Assembly: GCA_011109175.1 (NCBI GenBank)
Contig: RDEW01000007.1
Location: 805,712 to 869,711, forward strand
DNA from: Dicyema japonicum
Lineage: Eukaryota > Animalia > Dicyemida
Reading direction: 5' to 3'
DNA length: 64,000 nt
Shown here piece after piece: positions 62,845-64,000 of this stretch. Position numbers and translations under genes: made by a program. Within the stretch, counting starts at the first letter, position 1. Each line of letters begins with the position of its first letter. Under the pieces are notes generated by a model. It had not been told where the DNA came from and ran no database searches. It saw only the letters and a list, made by a program, of their open reading frames with translations.

Positions 62845-64000
62845 TCTATTGAAATTTGTAAATTTTATTTCGCTCTCATTGCCACTCATCCACGAGTTTT
62901 CTTTTGAGGCTTGCAAGTTCGAGATCACCCCACTCAGATTCTCATAATTCATCGAATTTATTCTAAAAAATTACAAATTAGTACGTAGAAATTGAATTTT
63001 CGTGAGAAAGATTAGAACCTCCCCACTAAGCATAAAAACGAACAGTACATTCGAAACGGACTTAAAAATGTAGCATTTTAGAAACGATATATTCTCAGCC
63101 TCCTTCGTCAGCATGCAGTACCTGTCGGTCCCAAAGTCCAGAATGACCCTGTTCTGGGAGCATCCGTACTTTGTGATAATGTTAATCGGCCACTCGTATT
63201 TTATCTGATTGTTCGTCTTCATTATTCTCACGAAATTTTTGGTGATCGACAGCATCCTGTATATCAGCTTTCCGTGTTTCACGTTTATTTCCTGGAAACG
63301 TTATTTTAGCCAGACTTTAACGGCAAAGTAGGTTGCCCCGAAAAACGCCTTGCTCTGACACTCAATAATGTACTCAGACTTGATGGTGTGAGGATCGGAT
63401 CCCCTCAGCAACTTGTATTGGTCGACAATTTTATTCTTGTGCTTCTTGTAGATCTCCGGGAGATACATTCTAATAGGACATAAATTTACTTGATCGATTC
63501 GTGGTAGTCCCCCAGGTTTATATGGCAGTGAAAAGCCGCCAGTTTTACAAGAGTAATGCCGTCCACCGACGCGGTCCCAGAAACGACATCATTAGAGATC
63601 TAGGATGTCACAATTATAGCCACGTGGTCGTAGAGAATGTCTATTTCAATCGAACTGCTTGGAATGTAGCCATTCAGGTAAAGACGTCGCTCCAGCATGA
63701 GGGTCTCATTGGGACCAACATCCTGATCAGGAAGGGTCAGATTCCCATCAATCCACGTGACTGAATATTCGTAAATTTAAGTCACCATCATTTCCAAGAT
63801 TCAGTCTGTTGAACTTAGTTTTTTTATTTTTGAAAATTTCGTAATTTTCTGCGGTTTTTTCTTTCATCAAAAAAAATTCTTTGAAATTTTTGATTCCTTA
63901 AATAAAATCAAGTCCAACCAACATTCCTGCAGAACGAGGCAACAATGAACTCCGCCGACTGACTGCAAGCATATTCAACGGTAGTAAGGGTCCCAATCCT
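62845..64000 (-). CDS. TLN: Talin-head (FERM F1-F2-F3) protein; 5' end off window; no rod seen
   Basis: FCRNVGIKNFKEFFL (F1), TWIDGNLTLPDQDVGPNETLMLERR, ILYDH..DVVSG..LAAFHCHINLG (F2), FFGATYFAVK, LIYRMLSITKNFVRI..EWPINIITKY..VILDFG..TKEAENIS (F3); stop at 62845-62847 after ~52 further codons. Confidence 0.82.

Noticed and set aside
1-64000. Ciliate genetic code (TAA/TAG = Gln), suggested by Paramecium-sized introns
   Set aside because: Spliced genes such as LENG8 read through in the standard code, use CAA/CAG for Gln, and end at TAA or TAG where homology ends.

Overview
AT-rich eukaryotic nuclear DNA. I find about 11 protein-coding genes, nearly all split by very small GT-AG introns (mostly 21-27 nt): LENG8/THP3, a P4-type flippase ATPase, a ~5.4 kb mucin-like membrane protein, a TTLL4-like fragment, a multi-C-type-lectin membrane protein, an EndoG/Nuc1-type nuclease, RPL36A, galactocerebrosidase, DCDC1, an NABP/SOSS-B ssDNA-binding protein and a talin-head protein running off the right edge. 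About a third of the window is decayed non-LTR retrotransposon from four families (Ingi/Vingi-like APE-RT, RTE, CRE-like and R4/Dong-like), with hAT-like, integrase and pogo-like remnants and two ~60-bp minisatellites. Talin, DCDC1, GALC and tiny introns suggest a ciliated, genome-reduced animal; a dicyemid is my best guess, by inference only. Many 1-nt indels, even in RPL36A, suggest unpolished long-read error, so gene boundaries are approximate. The best leads are an HDV-ribozyme-like fold and a covarying 3' stem-loop in the Vingi-like family and its ~300-bp derivative, a talin apparently lacking its rod, and a mucin with an N-glycosylation sequon in nearly every 14-aa repeat. Protein assignments come from my recognition of motifs, not from database searches.
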